A stretch of DNA of 64,000 bases. Source: the human T2T-CHM13v2.0 reference genome, Homo sapiens. The position numbers were made by a program, and so were the translations under genes. Positions 30,425 to 45,233 of the stretch are shown piece after piece. Below the pieces are notes generated by a model that searched no databases, was not told where the DNA came from, and saw only the letters and a list, made by a program, of their open reading frames with translations. The stretch's first letter is position 1. Every line of letters starts with the position of its first letter. The stretch lies in assembly GCF_009914755.1 (NCBI RefSeq), contig NC_060930.1. The stretch is one strand, 5' to 3'.

Positions 30425-32679
30425 GGTTTTGTTTCTGGAGTCTTTATGCCATTCCATTGGACAATTTATCCTGTGCCTGTCTTCTGCTGTCTTAATTACT
30501 GTAGCTTCAGAAAAAGTCTTTTGGTAGGGTAATCTATCCTTCAGGAGTGCCTTAAGTATTTTTGGTCTTTAGCTCTTCCACATATGTTTTAAAATCAAGT
30601 TCCATAAAAAAAAAAAAAGCCTTTTGGATTTTTGCTGCAATTGGATCAAAACTATATAAATCAGATTAGGGAAAATCGATATCTCTGTGTTGTGTATTCT
30701 CATGACAAGGCATATTTCTAAATTCATTTTGTTGATTTATGTTTGCTATTAGGCCTTGTGGATCTTTGTTCATTTTCTTCCTGGATATCTTATATATGTT
30801 GTAAATGGTGTTCTTGACTTAAAAATAGATTTCTAGCTGTTGCTGGTAATTAGAAATACAAGTAATTTTTGTATATTGATAATAAATCAGTGAGCAAATC
30901 ATTTTACTGATTTCAGTTTTCTGAGTACACCCATAGTATCTGTGATTGACATTTATTTTCTTCCTTTCAGACCTTTATGCCTTCCGTTTTTCTTTTGGCA
31001 GTAACTAAGAGTGAGTAGAAGCAATTATCATGGCATTCTGGCTTTGTTCTTAATTTTTAAAGGGAATGTTTTAATGTTTCCCCCTTACTAGCTGTTAGAA
31101 TGAGAGTTTTTAACTTCATTTTTTTTTTTTTTTTGACATCAAATGTAGTCGGGTGACTTAGTGAGGAAGGGACTTGGTAGAATGGAAGACACAAGAAAAG
31201 ATTGACTTCCGGGGAAACAGGAAATGGGTTTAGAACATACTGAGTTAAAGAACATAGTGTAAAAAATGTTAACATTTTAAATTGAAGTGTGTAATTTGAG
31301 ATGATCAGGGACAGAGCTGTAGATGTGTTTATTATAAAATAAAGTCAATAATAAGATACCCTACTGTGGATGAATTCTAAGGAAAGAATATGAATGGTGC
31401 CACGATTAAGGATAAAAACCTGGAAAATACAGCTACCTCTTATTTGATAGGTGGAAGAAAATTGAAAGGAAATATGAGAGATAAGAGACTCAACAGTGTT
31501 TAGCATCAAAGCCCAGAGAGTCGAACATTTAAGGAGGAGATTGTTAGTTGTACCAAATGAAATGCCACAGAGAGGTGTAGGAAGATCAGGACTGAAAAGA
31601 GGGCATTGAATTTGATATTTGACATTTTAGAAATCTGGTTTCAGTCGAGTGAGGGAACCAAAAGCAGTTTTCAGTGAGAGTAAGTGGATGGTCCTGAATT
31701 GGAGAAGGGGGGTTTAAAATACCTGCTTGTTAAATTTTGCAGTTAAGGAAAAGACAGATGGGTAGATTGAAAAAGAAGGTATAAGAGGGAAAGTTCTTTT
31801 AAGATAGGAAAAGACGTATGCATTTTAAGCATTTTAATTTTGATAATTACCTAGTTGCCAATACTGGTTATTGTCAAGGGTTGTAAATTTAATCTAATAA
31901 GGGAAAATCATTATTTGTTTTGCTCTACATTCTTCATTTATGAGTCTGGGTCTCTTCTAAATTTCACAATGTGTTTTTCATCAAAATTGTGTTTCTGTTA
32001 GGAAGAAAGTAGAGGAGAGTAGAGATAGAGTAGGAAGCTAGCAGTCTCCATGGATAAATTTATATTTTATCTATATGTCTTCTGGGTTTATTATGTCATG
32101 TCTCCAAAAGCTTGCTTGTAAAGAGTAAGATGACATCGAGCTCTTATTTTTCTTCCCAAATGGAAAATTTCTTAATCCTTTTCTTTCCTGATTATCCCCC
32201 CATTTGAATGCCATCTTGACTTACTACCTGGTAAATTCTCAGATAGATTTGCTGGTTCATCTGTCCTCTCTAGTCAGTCCATTCATCTATGTAATCACTT
32301 CTTCTTTTGTACTAAATTGTTAACACTATAATTTTATAATCTGTATTGGGTAGGGTTAAAATACTCCTCCCCATTGTTCTCAATATTTTCTTTCCTGTTG
32401 TTATGTAATTATTTTTACAAATGAACTTATGTACCTAACATTTGGTTATGATAGCATCAATTCATCTTTACTCCACAAATCATTTTTTTAATTAAGACAG
32501 AATTTAATGTATTGGTTAATTTAGAGAGAATTGACACCTTTACAATACTGCATTTGTCTTCCTTTTGTATTTCTATAGTTTTAATATTTTTAAAGTTCCT
32601 GTATATTTTTAAATTTTATTTTTAGATACTTAACATTTTTCTATTATTATTGGGATATTTTATTCCATTTTAGTTTCTA

Positions 32680-34100
32680 ATTTTTTTAATTGTGGTAAAA
32701 TATACATAACATAAAATTAACCATTTTAAGTGCATTAAGTTAGATTCACATTGTTAGGCAACCATTACCACCATCCATCTCCAGAACAATTTTTATCTTT
32801 CCACACTGAAACTTTATACCCATTTCACAATAACTTCTAACTCCTTCCTCCCCGCAGCCCCTGACAACCACCATTCTACTTTTTGTCTCTGAAATTGGCT
32901 ATTATGGAAACTTCATATAAGGGGAATTGTACAGTATTTGTTCTTTTGTGACTGGCTTATTTCACAGCATAATGTTTTCAAAGTTCTTTTCATGTTGTAG
33001 CTTGTGAGAATTTCCTTTTTTAGGTGAAATAATATTTCATTGCATGTATATACCATACTTTATCCATATATATTTCACCATGTGTTGGTGGATACTGAAG
33101 TTACTTCTACCTTTTGCCTGTTGTGAAAAATGCTACTGTGAACATGGGGTACAAATATCTGTTCAAGTCGTTGCTTTTATGGTTTTTTTTGTTTTGTTTT
33201 TTTGTTGTTGTTTTTGGGTTTTTTTTTTTTTTTTTGAGTATATACCTAGGAATGGAATTGCTGGATTATATGTTCTTTGTTTAATTTTTAAAGGAACTAT
33301 CATAGTGTTTTCCACAGCAACCACACTATTTTAACATTCCCACCAATAATGCACCAATATTCCAATTTCTCCACTTCCTTGTGAACACTTGTTTTATGCG
33401 TTTTTGATAATAGCCATTCTAATGGGTGTGCAGTGGTATATTGTTTTAGTTTTGATTTTCATTTCCCTAATGATTTGTGTTACTGACCATCTTTTTATTT
33501 GCTTATTGGCAGTTTGTATATCTTCTTTGAAGAAATATCTACTCACATCCTTGCTCGTTTTTTATCGGGTTGTTTGGGTTTTTTTTGTCTTTTGTTCTTT
33601 TTGAATTTTAAGAGTTATGTCTATGTTCTGGATATTAACTCCTGAGGTATATGATTTGCACTTTCTTCTTTCCATTCTGAGGGTTGCCTTTTCAGTCTGT
33701 TGGTAGTCTTTAGATTTGATGTAGTTCCATTTGTCTATTTTTGCTTTTGTTGCCTGTACTTTTAGTGTTACATTTAATAAATCATTGCCAAGTCTAATGT
33801 CATGCTCTACTATTGTTAAAAGTTTCTTTAGCTCTTGTGTTTAGGTCTTTGATTGATTTGAAGTTAGTTTTTATATATGTTATCAGATAAGGGTCTAACT
33901 TCATTTTTTTGTATGTAGATATCCAGTTTTCCCAGCACCATTTGTTGAAAAGACTGTCCTTTTTTTATTGAATGGTCTTGACACTGTTGTCAAAAATCCT
34001 TTGGCAGGGTTTATTTCTGGGCTGTCTATTTTATTTCATTGATCTATATGTTTGTCAGTATGCCAGTACCATGCTACTTTGATTACTTTATTTTTGTAGT
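32680..34100 (-). mobile_element. L1M (L1MB-like) 3' fragment in intron 1
   Basis: aattgtggtaaaatatacataacataaaatt...ccagttttcccagcaccatttgttgaaaagactgtcc. Confidence 0.85.
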
Positions 34101-34643
34101 GTTTCCAGGTGTTTGTTTTTTGTAGAGAAAAACACTAGTGACTTTTAATATTAATTTAGTAACCACGTATCTTACTGAATTCTTAAAGGGTTTTTAAATT
34201 GATTTTACAAAGATACAATTATGTCTACTATGTCTACTGCAAATAATTATAAAATGGTACTTCCTCTCAAAATCTTTTTTTTTTATTTTGGTCTTAATTG
34301 CACTAGTTTTAAAACAATGTTAATTATGCTGTCTACATAATTGTATTTCATTTTCTCATTGCTGGTTTAATGGAAGTTCTAATATTTCACCATAGAGTGT
34401 GATGTGGCATTTGGTTTGAGATATGTTCCTAAACTTTTGAGGTTGACATCAAAAAGCTTAGTTGCAATTTGTTGCTTAATTGCAATTTTGTTTCTTGTTC
34501 CTGTTGTCAAGAATAGAATGTTGGTCTGAAGACATCAAGGAGGGACTGGACTACTCAAGACAGTTGTGGGATGTATAAATATATCACCATGTGTCATAGG
34601 AACTTAACTAATTTACTTTTTCTTTTTTTTTTTCCCCTTGCAG

Positions 34644-34752
34644 AATGGCCAAAGTTTTCTGGTCTTGGATGAGCAACGATTTGCAAAAGAAATTCTTCCC
34701 AAATATTTCAAGCACAATAATATGGCAAGCTTTGTGAGGCAACTGAATATGT
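34644..34752 (+). CDS. HSF2: HSF2 exon 2 (DBD recognition helix)
   Basis: T-rich tract + ttgcag|; [36 protein letters not shown]; donor |gtgagt. Confidence 0.98.
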
Positions 34753-34907
34753 GTGAGTATGGACAGCAGTTTATTGGAGTACCATTATCAGCTACTGATG
34801 AAGCCATTTTTTTTCCCATTAGGGTGGTAAAGGAAAATTATTCCATACAAGCACCACCAAATTTTGACTTGTTTATTTTAGTCATTTGAATTTTGAATAT
34901 TTTTCAG

Positions 34908-35035
34908 ATGGTTTCCGTAAAGTAGTACATATCGACTCTGGAATTGTAAAGCAAGAAAGAGATGGTCCTGTAGAATTTCAGCATCCTTACTTCAAACAAG
35001 GACAGGATGACTTGTTGGAGAACATTAAAAGGAAG
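34908..35035 (+). CDS. HSF2: HSF2 exon 3 (DBD wing with VKQE SUMO consensus at K82)
   Basis: ttttcag|; (Y)[42 protein letters not shown]; AAG|gtgagc. Confidence 0.98.
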
Positions 35036-35795
35036 GTGAGCTATTGTGAACGTGAGCTAATTAGGGTATTGACCTGGAGTGTGCTTGGCCAAGATTTTTA
35101 TTTCAGCTGTTGAAAGTACAGAAATGCACAACTGTTCCTTGTTGGGATGAATTAGGATAATAAAGTTTTACTTGTTTCCCTGTATTTTTTTCCTAAGTTA
35201 GCTTAAAAAAAAAAAAAAGTTTAAGTTCCTGCTAGAATATGAGCTCCCTGGAAGACTTTTTCTATAGTTTGTAATTGTACATCCAGTACCTACAATAAGT
35301 CTCTTCTAATAATATAAATATGCCCACATAGTAGGCATTCAGAAATACATTCAGTAATATATTTTTAATGCATAATATCTTTTGGTAAAATAAGATATTT
35401 TACTAAATCTGTAAAAGGGGTGGACCATGAAAGAAAATGGCCTAGCATGAACCTTTTACTGCATAAATTTAATTAAATGTGGAATGTGGTAATAAAGAGG
35501 CTTGGGGGAAATTGCAAGGAGCTTGGCATAAGGGGAGAATAAAAGACTCTAAGATATTCCTGCTTGCGGAAACTTTTTAACATTAAAAAAAAATTTTTTT
35601 TTAAGTAGATTATTCCTTGCGTTCTCTCCCATTGAGCTCTGAAGTTTATTCTTTCCCTAGCATTTCATCCCGGGCTTTTGGAACCAGATCTCACTTCCTG
35701 AACAGGCTACGAAAACCTCTTCTAATAGGGAAGCTTTGAATTACAATCATGGGTGTTTACTGTTTCTTTGATTTTCTAAATTTACTTTTTCAAAG

Positions 35796-35920
35796 GTTTC
35801 ATCTTCAAAACCAGAAGAAAATAAAATTCGTCAGGAAGATTTAACAAAAATTATAAGTAGTGCTCAGAAGGTTCAGATAAAACAGGAAACTATTGAGTCC
35901 AGGCTTTCTGAATTAAAAAG
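35796..35920 (+). CDS. HSF2: HSF2 exon 4 (linker, HR-A)
   Basis: tttcaaag|; VSSSKPEENKIRQEDLTKIISSAQKVQIKQETIESRLSELK; AAG|gtaaag. Confidence 0.97.
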
Positions 35921-36894
35921 GTAAAGTGTTATTTCCAAATATAATTTTAATCTGGGAATTGGGTATGTGTCTATGTGTGTTGAGTTTGGAGGTTGTCTGA
36001 TGTTTTATTGTAAGTACTCAGATCACTTTGTTGAAGCCAAGATCAAAGGTCATTTTTCTGCAAGTATTGGTTCCCTTTACTTTGATTTGTGGCCACTGAC
36101 TTTACTCTAATATTGTTTTAATTATGATAGTCAGAAGAAGATATAAACCTAAGCGTATCAAAACAGTTTGATGTATAAGTCTTAGCAATAAACAGTAGGT
36201 CTTTAAGATGATGTAGGAAATATGATTCTATTTAGGTTAGCTCATATGGTGCTCATAGACAATGAGGGCATACGACATAAAAACCCTGTATGTTACCCAT
36301 CCTTTGTTGAATGGCTGTCTCTTAAGATTTCTTTGTGTGGACTCTTAGGAAAAAGTAGGACACAAAAAAATCGGAAAACGATGCAGGAGAGTTGCCATGC
36401 TTGATACTTATTTCGTATAGACTTGGAAAAGTGTTATTCAGAGCTTTTATCTACAGAAAGATGCTTCGTTTTATTTTACTACATTTCTTGGTTACCATTA
36501 TTGTAACTTGCCATACTAATAACTTGTGTATAGAGTAGATAGTGTATTACTCTTCTTAGTAAGTAGCTGGAATTTTTCTGTATCCTAATAGGTGCCAAGG
36601 GCTTAAGAGTGGTTACTTTACATATTCTCTCTTCCATATCAGATGTGAGACGTTACTTTAGTTAATCATAACTCAAATATCTTCATTAAAAGAGGAACCT
36701 ATAACTTTGATTTCTTTTTTAAATAAGCTTTAGGCTTTCTCTTCTTGTGTATTTAACAACTTGTTTACTGTATGTATCTTGTGTATACTAGCTGCTCTTT
36801 GACCCAGTTCCTTGGTACCACAGTTTCAGCCTTTAAAGAAAGTGATCCCCAAATCATTTTTTGTACCTTAGAGGGAACTTTCTTCTCCTTATCT

Positions 36895-37188
36895 TTTTGT
36901 TTGTTTGTTTTTGTTTTGAGACAGTCTCACTCTGTTACCCAGTCTGGAGTGCAGTGACTTGATCTTACCTCACTGCAATCTCCGCCTGCCGGTTCAAGCG
37001 ATTCTTGTGCCTCAGCCTCCCTAGTAGCTGGGATTACAGGCATGTGCCAGCTAATTTTTGTATTTTTAGTAGAGATGGGGTTTCACTGTGTTGGCCAGGC
37101 TGTTCTCAAACTCCTGACCTCAAGTGATCCGCCCACATCGGCCTTTCAAAGTGCTGGAATTACAGGCACGAGCCACCGCACCCAGCCC
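36895..37188 (-). mobile_element. Alu in intron 4
   Basis: (TTTG)n tail then antisense Alu consensus. Confidence 0.94.
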
Positions 37189-37564
37189 TACTTATCTTTA
37201 TTTAGTAAGCAGATAACAACATTTTTTAATTTGAATCAGAAAAATACAGTAGTTATTCAGTAAATATTAAAATCTCCTTTGGTATACCCTTATATGTAAA
37301 TCTCCAGTTCCTTTTATATTAGTTTGGATTAAAGAAGATGACTTGTGGAGAATAACAAAAGATGGAAAATTAAAGCATTTAATAGGTATTCAGCATTCTC
37401 CGTGCTGCGAACATTTAACAACATAATGCAGTTTCAATTAAAAAAGGTGAACGAAGAAGAAGCTATTCATATTTGGCAAGTTATTAGTTTATTATTGGAT
37501 ATGCTTTTTCAGAATAACATTTTAGTGGTTTACATATGCTGTTGTTTGAGACAGATCTTAAGAT

Positions 37565-37775
37565 AGTTTTAGAATCTGACAGACTTTAGTTTGATTTCAA
37601 CACTTACCAAATTATTTGTATGATCTTGAGCAGTTCCCCTCAATTCTCTGTACCTCAGTGTCCTCATCTATAAAATAGAGATGATGACTTATTTCTTGGT
37701 GGTTTTTAGAGAAATTTTAAATAAGTAATACACATAAAATGTCTAGCATAGTGCTTAGAGTATAGTAAGTGCTGG
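37565..37775 (+). mobile_element. MIR
   Basis: ctctgtacctcagtgtcctcatctataaaat...tagcatagtgctt...tagtaagtgct. Confidence 0.7.
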
Positions 37776-38002
37776 GTATATATCACTACCCTTTATTTCC
37801 TAAGGTGATTAGGAAGGCCTGAATTCACTTGGTAACCACAGTTGAAAGATTAGCTTATTTTTTTTTAAGCAAAAAATAATGAGCCAGATTGTCAAAAGTA
37901 GTAAATTGCCAACTACTATATTGATGTAGGCATATGTCTTAAGTTTCTGTGTATCTATTGTCATGAGTAGCAGATACTACACTTAGGAAGGAATGATTCT
38001 GG

Positions 38003-38300
<298 letters not shown>

Positions 38301-38490
38301 GAATGATTCAGGAGTTGTGTCAAGGTAGTTGTCATTCCTATGTAATTGAACCAAAGTTTTCTTGGTCTCATAAATACATATAGTAAAAACAAGTGTAGTT
38401 CAGTTGTCTGGTATTCTTAATTAAAGATACTATGGTCTGGTTTTTTGATTGATTTTTTTTTGTTTTGTTGCTTAATAAATTATAACATAG

Positions 38491-38566
38491 TGAGAATGAG
38501 TCCCTTTGGAAGGAGGTGTCAGAATTACGAGCAAAGCATGCACAACAGCAACAAGTTATTCGAAAG
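38491..38566 (+). CDS. HSF2: HSF2 exon 5 (HR-A/B)
   Basis: catag|; (S)ENESLWKEVSELRAKHAQQQQVIRK; AAG|gtaaga. Confidence 0.97.
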
Positions 38567-40921
38567 GTAAGAAGCTCTTTTCCCCAGGACCATAATTTGC
38601 ATTTGTTTAATGAGTACTGTTTGTGACCCAAAAAGGTCTTTATTGAGTGTCTGTGATTGATCTTAGTTTCTTACATATTGGATGCACAGATAGAAGTAAA
38701 AAATGAAATGAAATTAAGCCAAGTGTTACACATTTTTAATAAAAAATTTCTCACTAGCTAAAGATGGTTATTCCATACTCGCATATAATGTCTCAGTAGC
38801 TTTTAGTAAATGATCTTTTGCCTAATATAACAATTTTGAAATACTTTATTTTTATGAGCATAATGAATACACTACCAATTTCTTTTAAAATTAGAAAACA
38901 TAGCCTTACTGGTTTTTTTTGTTGGTTTTTATTATAAAAGGCATAGTTAAGGTCTCAGAAGATAAATGACAAATATTTTCAAATCAGTTGACCAAATTAT
39001 GAGTTCAGAAAATGATTTCTCAATGTATGCTGTTATTAGTCTGTGGAGAAAAGCAGTTAACATAGTGTTGTAAAATGAATTTTAGATTTTAGTATCTGAG
39101 CTGAAAATTTAATAGAGGAGTTGGAATCCCTCCGTTTCATTGTGTCCTTGTGATTTAATCTTTGCATATCAGCTTTCATTTGCTAATAAGAGATGAAACA
39201 TAGTAATTAAGGCAGCTATTTTTTGCTCATGAGTAAACTAGACTCTGAGTTTAAGCAACAGGTTTTTTGAGGGGGAGCTTCTGATTGCTCCTGCTTAGAA
39301 GGCCCTTGAACTAAAAATAGGGTTGTGACTGACAGGATCAGGGTCTAATGGAGAAGGCTTTAAAGCAGAGATGAGTAGCAGTTGCAGCCTGTAACCTAGT
39401 CAACATAGATTTACTGTGTTTTTTTTTTTTTTTAAAGTGTGCAAGTGAAGGTTGAATGTAGTAGAATTCAGTTCTAAGTGTTTAGTCCAAGTACATGTAT
39501 TTTTAAAACTTTCATAGGCAACTCTAATGTGCAGCCTGGTTAAGAATAGTTGACTTAAAACAATAGATGTACCTTAACCTGTACTTTATGGAAACAGTCT
39601 GTTAATACTTTTCAGAAACAGTGTTTTGGTAATATATTAGCTTACAACACTCTATAATGTGTAGATTTTTTTTTTCCTGAAAGCAAGAATAGTTGATAAA
39701 ATAGCTATGTGACATTTCAGTTTTTCATGAATGCTAACATTCTGTCTGCTAAAATTTGAGTTTGAATCTCTGTGCTTTGGTGAGTGGTGTTTATATAATG
39801 CATGACGACAACCAATAATTTTTACTCTGCTCCTGGAATTTACTCTCAGCCATGGATTAATTGAGAATAATATGTGTGATGGTCCAGTTATAGGACTTAA
39901 CAGGTACAGAAGTTACATGCTGTAAGTGTTAGACGCCTTATCTTCTTCAGATAAAAATCCCTGTGTAATGTGATCCAGAAGTGTCAACAGAGAACTGAGA
40001 TGTAGAATAAATTTAATTTAGCCAGTGATTGATGTTCTTATAAATTCAACCTGAAGTTTTTAGAATATTCCCATAACATTTATTAATTAAAAAAACTGAA
40101 GTCGAATTGTATCATAGATATCTTTAAGCTTACATATTGTCTTTTCACTAGCTGTTAACATTTTCTCTTGAATAAGCAATTTAGTGGCTACCCTCCTTTT
40201 CATAGACTCTAATACTATGAACCTCTTCAGTTAAAATGTCTATATTTTTTTCCATTGAAAAATTGATATTGATTATAAGGCAGACCATTTAGTAGCCTTT
40301 TTTGTAAGGAAATGCTCACTGTTAGAACCTGTACAATAGATATTTTTAATTGATAATACTCTATTTAATCATGTAACTTCACAAAGCTTATAAGCACACT
40401 TTCTGCACAGAGTCTAAATAGTGCTCCAATCAATTTTGGCTTTTATTCATAGCTTCTCAGTGATATACTACTTTTTATAGTTTACCATATGATCCTCACC
40501 TTTTATAGCACCTTTAGGAAGTTGGCAATGTAATTTCAAGACATACTCTAAGCCAGTAGTTCTTATACTCACATCAGTATCCAGTCTACACTAAAGGGTT
40601 TTCTAAACATACTGGATCCCATGATCCGAATTTCAGATTCAGCAGTTCTGTAGTAGGATTGAGAATTTAACATATCCAAAGTTCCTAAGCTAGTGTTCCT
40701 GGTATTATGGGCCACACTTTAAGAAACACTACTATAAGATATGAAAGCTTGTTTGTGTGTCTTCACAATTTTCTCTCTAAATTTAATTAAATATTAAAGA
40801 TTAGCTTCCCTTGTCAGTAGGAAGTTTTGACAGATAGGTCTCAACATTAATCTTTATAGAATCAGACAATAAACTTTTATCTTTTTCTTTTTTTTCTTTG
40901 GTTGCAAGCAGAGTTTGTTTG

Positions 40922-41042
40922 TTTAGAAATGGAGCATCATGATGTTGCCCAGGCTGGTCTCCGACTCCTGGGCTGAAGCAATCCTCCTACCTAGGCTTCC
41001 CAAAGTGTTGGGATTACAGGCATGAGCCACCACGCCTGGCCC
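40922..41042 (-). mobile_element. Alu left-arm monomer (FLAM-like) in intron 5
   Basis: atgttgcccaggctggtctc...gggattacaggcatgagccaccacgcctggcc. Confidence 0.88.
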
Positions 41043-41437
41043 ATCACCTTTTTCTAACTCGAAAATTTCATGATTATTCTGAAGGAACTGACGGTTTATT
41101 TTGCCTCTGTTACCTGGTATAAGAAAAATGTTGCCTATCAAACACCAGTTTTCTCTTTTGCACCGTAGTGTAATCTTCAAAGTACTTGAAGTAAAAAAGT
41201 TGGGATCTATAGCCAGGCAAGTTTGGTACTTATCACCAAAACAAATAAACTGCCTGGAAGCTGGTATGTTTCTTTAGACGGTGGTTCTACGGTGCGTCTG
41301 GATTTCAAGTGTTAATATGTGAGAAATTATGAGACTTAGAGGACAAATTATTATATGAATTTGTTTTATAAGACTTGGTAATAGAGACAAAAGAATTAAC
41401 AGTATAATGAAATAATTTTTGTTTATATTTTTTTCAG

Positions 41438-41499
41438 ATTGTCCAGTTTATTGTTACATTGGTTCAAAATAACCAACTTGTGAGTTTAAAACGTAAAAG
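41438..41499 (+). CDS. HSF2: HSF2 exon 6 (HR-B, basic KRK(R) motif)
   Basis: ttttttcag|; IVQFIVTLVQNNQLVSLKRK; AAG|gtaagt. Confidence 0.97.
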
Positions 41500-42404
41500 G
41501 TAAGTTTTTATGATAAAGTATTATGTCCTGTATATAGGCAGTCACACTTTTTAGTGTTTAACCATGAGTAGCCTACACTTGCTGAGTATGTGCTTGTTTT
41601 CCAAAAAGAACAATTCTCCTTTGTTAAATTATACTCTTAAAATCTCTAGAGTAGTATTATTTTTTAGTTTTATCATTCTGCTGATGTTTGTGAGAGATAA
41701 GGGTAGCCTAAATGGTCACTTTATAGACATACATACAGTTAATACAAAATATTCACTTTTCATTCACATTATTAAAGTAGCATTAGAAGGCCTGAGTGAA
41801 GGAAATTTTTAAAAAGAGGCCATATGTTAAAAAAAAAATGAAAATTTGTTTTACTTGACCTCTCTTAGTTTAAGCCACTCATAGTCTTTTTAAATCTGTA
41901 TCTCAGCCATGGGTTGTGATACCTGTAAATGTCAGTAGCTACTATTGTCACAGCTAAAACATTAGAAGAATAATGGACAAAAGGAATAGTTGGAAGGAAA
42001 AAATGATCTGTAACACTAAGATTTGGGAAAAACTTGATTATGATCAGAGCTTTATGGCCTTAACTACTTCCACTAATTAGTTCTTATGATATTATCTATT
42101 TTTTTCTATATAAATACAGTTCATAGAGTTGTGTGGTTCGGTAAGCAATGAAGTATAACTGGAGAGAATAGCTTATTATAACAAAAAGAGTGTAGAAAAG
42201 TGGAGAACTGAAAGTCCTAGATATTCTCATCCAGCAGTTTCTGTTCCTAAGATGTAATCATTTTTAAGTTTATTTATTGTTACTGAAATTTTTTATTCAT
42301 TATTAAGTGAGTGTGCATGTGTGTGTGTTTGGGTAAGTTAATAGAGGGAGTTTAAATTCATTGTATGTTTGCTTCACTGAACTGCATATTCTTCTGGTTT
42401 TCAG

Positions 42405-42492
42405 GCCTCTACTTCTAAACACTAATGGAGCCCAAAAGAAGAACCTGTTTCAGCACATAGTCAAAGAACCAACTGATAATCATCATCATAAA
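42405..42492 (+). CDS. HSF2: HSF2 exon 7
   Basis: ttttcag|; (R)PLLLNTNGAQKKNLFQHIVKEPTDNHHHK; AAA|gtaatt. Confidence 0.96.
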
Positions 42493-42960
42493 GTAATTTT
42501 TTAGTTAGGGTCTATTTTATATTTATTGTCTCAGACTAAATTTTATTATGGCAGTGTTTCATGCATTCAAAGAAGTGTGGTGAATAACAATTCAAGTGTT
42601 CATCCCACAGCTTTGTTAAATTGTGACATTTTTTATTATTTGCTTTAGATTATTGTAAGAAATAAATCATCACAAATCTAGTTGTTCCAGTTGCCTGTTT
42701 CTAAGTTTTTCTCTCTCCCCGTCTCTTGTCTCCCCTCTTTACTCTTCCTCGCTTACCCTAGAGGTAATCACTATCTTGAATTAGTATCTATCATTCTCAT
42801 GGCCATTTTGTATATGTGAATCCAGGAGCAGTACTTGGTATTATTTTGCATATATCTAAACTTCATATAAATAATATCATTTTGTGCATATCATTTTATA
42901 GTGTGGCTTTTTTTTTTAACTTGATGTTGCTTTTGAGATTTATTAAACATAGCGATTTAG

Positions 42961-43344
<384 letters not shown>

Positions 43345-44425
43345 TAATGTGATTATATATTCTTACATTGGTTATTCTATTTTCAACTTTTTTTTATTAA
43401 TGTTCACCAACTAGAATGCTTTTTACTCCAGCAATTTAAATTTTTACCTTCATTTTGTCACAGGCTTTCTGGATAATTTGTCAGATTTCTATCCAGTGGC
43501 AAATTAGTCCAGTCCAAAGTCCAGATCTTTTTTATTATCTTTTTGTTACTACTTTCAAACTTCAGAATTCAAAATAGTTCTTTAGATTTATTATTAAAGT
43601 AATAAGATTTTTGTTCTTGGACAATCAAACTTAACCTCACATCTGATTTCTTTTCCCTCTACTGTTAGAAAATAATCAAGCATACCTATTTTGTTTTTAG
43701 GATTGAAGGCTCATGTAAGTGGATGAAGATTTTTATATTTTTAACTGGGTTTATATATTTTAAAGTACTTCACATCCTTTGCCTCTTTATTATCTAGTAT
43801 TGGAATTTATAGTTTTTTGCATTTTAATAATGACTTTAGTTTGCTTTACAGGATTGAACTTAGTTTGATTAATACAGCTGTAGCCTGAATATATCTGTAG
43901 CTTAAGTTTAAAAAAAAATCATTGCTAAAAAGCCAAGCTAACATGTAACTGAGAGAGGTGAAGTGCGTTTTTTTCTCTTAGTGAAGGTATTTAATGAATA
44001 AGAATAAAACACATTTCAAAACAGAGCATCTTGAGCTGAAACAATATCCCTATCAGCATGGTGGCTGTCTGGTCGTGCTTGAAATTTCTAGTGAAGTCCT
44101 AAGACTTTTTTACTCTTTAGGCATAAAAAATACTTTAAAATTTGAAGATCTTTCCATAGAAACATTTTTAGGGGTGTCATCTTCAGGGTCCCTTACAGTA
44201 AAAGAAGTAGTAAAGTGTAGAATGCAGTTAATATACCTCATACCTCTGTGAATTGGTGCTGCTAGTACCAATTATTATGTAAGTTCCGTAAGAGCAGAGA
44301 ACACACCTGTTTTGCATACCCCGAGATTCAGTAAATAGTAGTTGCCTAGTTATTTTGTAGATGATATCTTGTTTGGTAGTCAATGATTTTGATTTTTAGA
44401 TATATTTTTCTCTCTGAATTTTTAG

Positions 44426-44574
44426 GTTCCACACAGTAGGACTGAAGGTTTAAAGCCAAGGGAGAGGATTTCAGATGACATCATTATTTATGATGTTACT
44501 GATGATAATGCAGATGAAGAAAATATCCCAGTTATTCCAGAAACTAATGAGGATGTTATATCTGATCCCTCCAA
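44426..44574 (+). CDS. HSF2: HSF2 exon 8
   Basis: tttttag|; VPHSRTEGLKPRERISDDIIIYDVTDDNADEENIPVIPETNEDVISDPS; CAA|gtaagg. Confidence 0.96.
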
Positions 44575-44993
44575 GTAAGGAGTTTGTGAGATAAAATGTA
44601 TGAAAATATTGATTACTTTTCTTATTACAGAGCAAAATTCAAAACTACTTTGTTCTTTGAAAAATAATAATCTTTCTCACATTTGGATTATTAAACTTGA
44701 TAATTAAGCTAAATTATTCAACCAGATAAAACCTCACCTCCTCTTCCTCTCAAAGGAGGTATACTGAAAACTAATTGATTTTTAATTTTTATTTTGGAGT
44801 TAAGCACTTCTCATTCAATCTTTGTGGTCTTCTATACTATGAAGTACCAATATTGTGATTAAGCTGCTCGCTCAAGAAATTTAAGCCTTTCAGTATGTGG
44901 TATGGGGAGAGAGTTTCCATTTAGAATGAATGGATAGTATGAACTTATTAAATTTGAAAATGTAATAGGTTCCTTCTTTTATTGCTGATTTAG

Positions 44994-45233
44994 CTGTAGC
45001 CAGTACCCTGATATTGTCATCGTTGAAGATGACAATGAAGATGAGTATGCACCTGTCATTCAGAGTGGAGAGCAGAATGAACCAGCCAGAGAATCCCTAA
45101 GTTCAGGCAGTGATGGCAGCAGCCCTCTCATGTCTAGTGCTGTCCAGCTAAATGGCTCATCCAGTCTGACCTCAGAAGATCCAGTGACCATGATGGATTC
45201 CATTTTGAATGATAACATCAATCTTTTGGGAAA
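44994..45233 (+). CDS. HSF2: HSF2 exon 9
   Basis: atttag|; (N)CSQYPDIVIVEDDNEDEY...DPVTMMDSILNDNINLLG; AAA|gtgagt. Confidence 0.96.
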
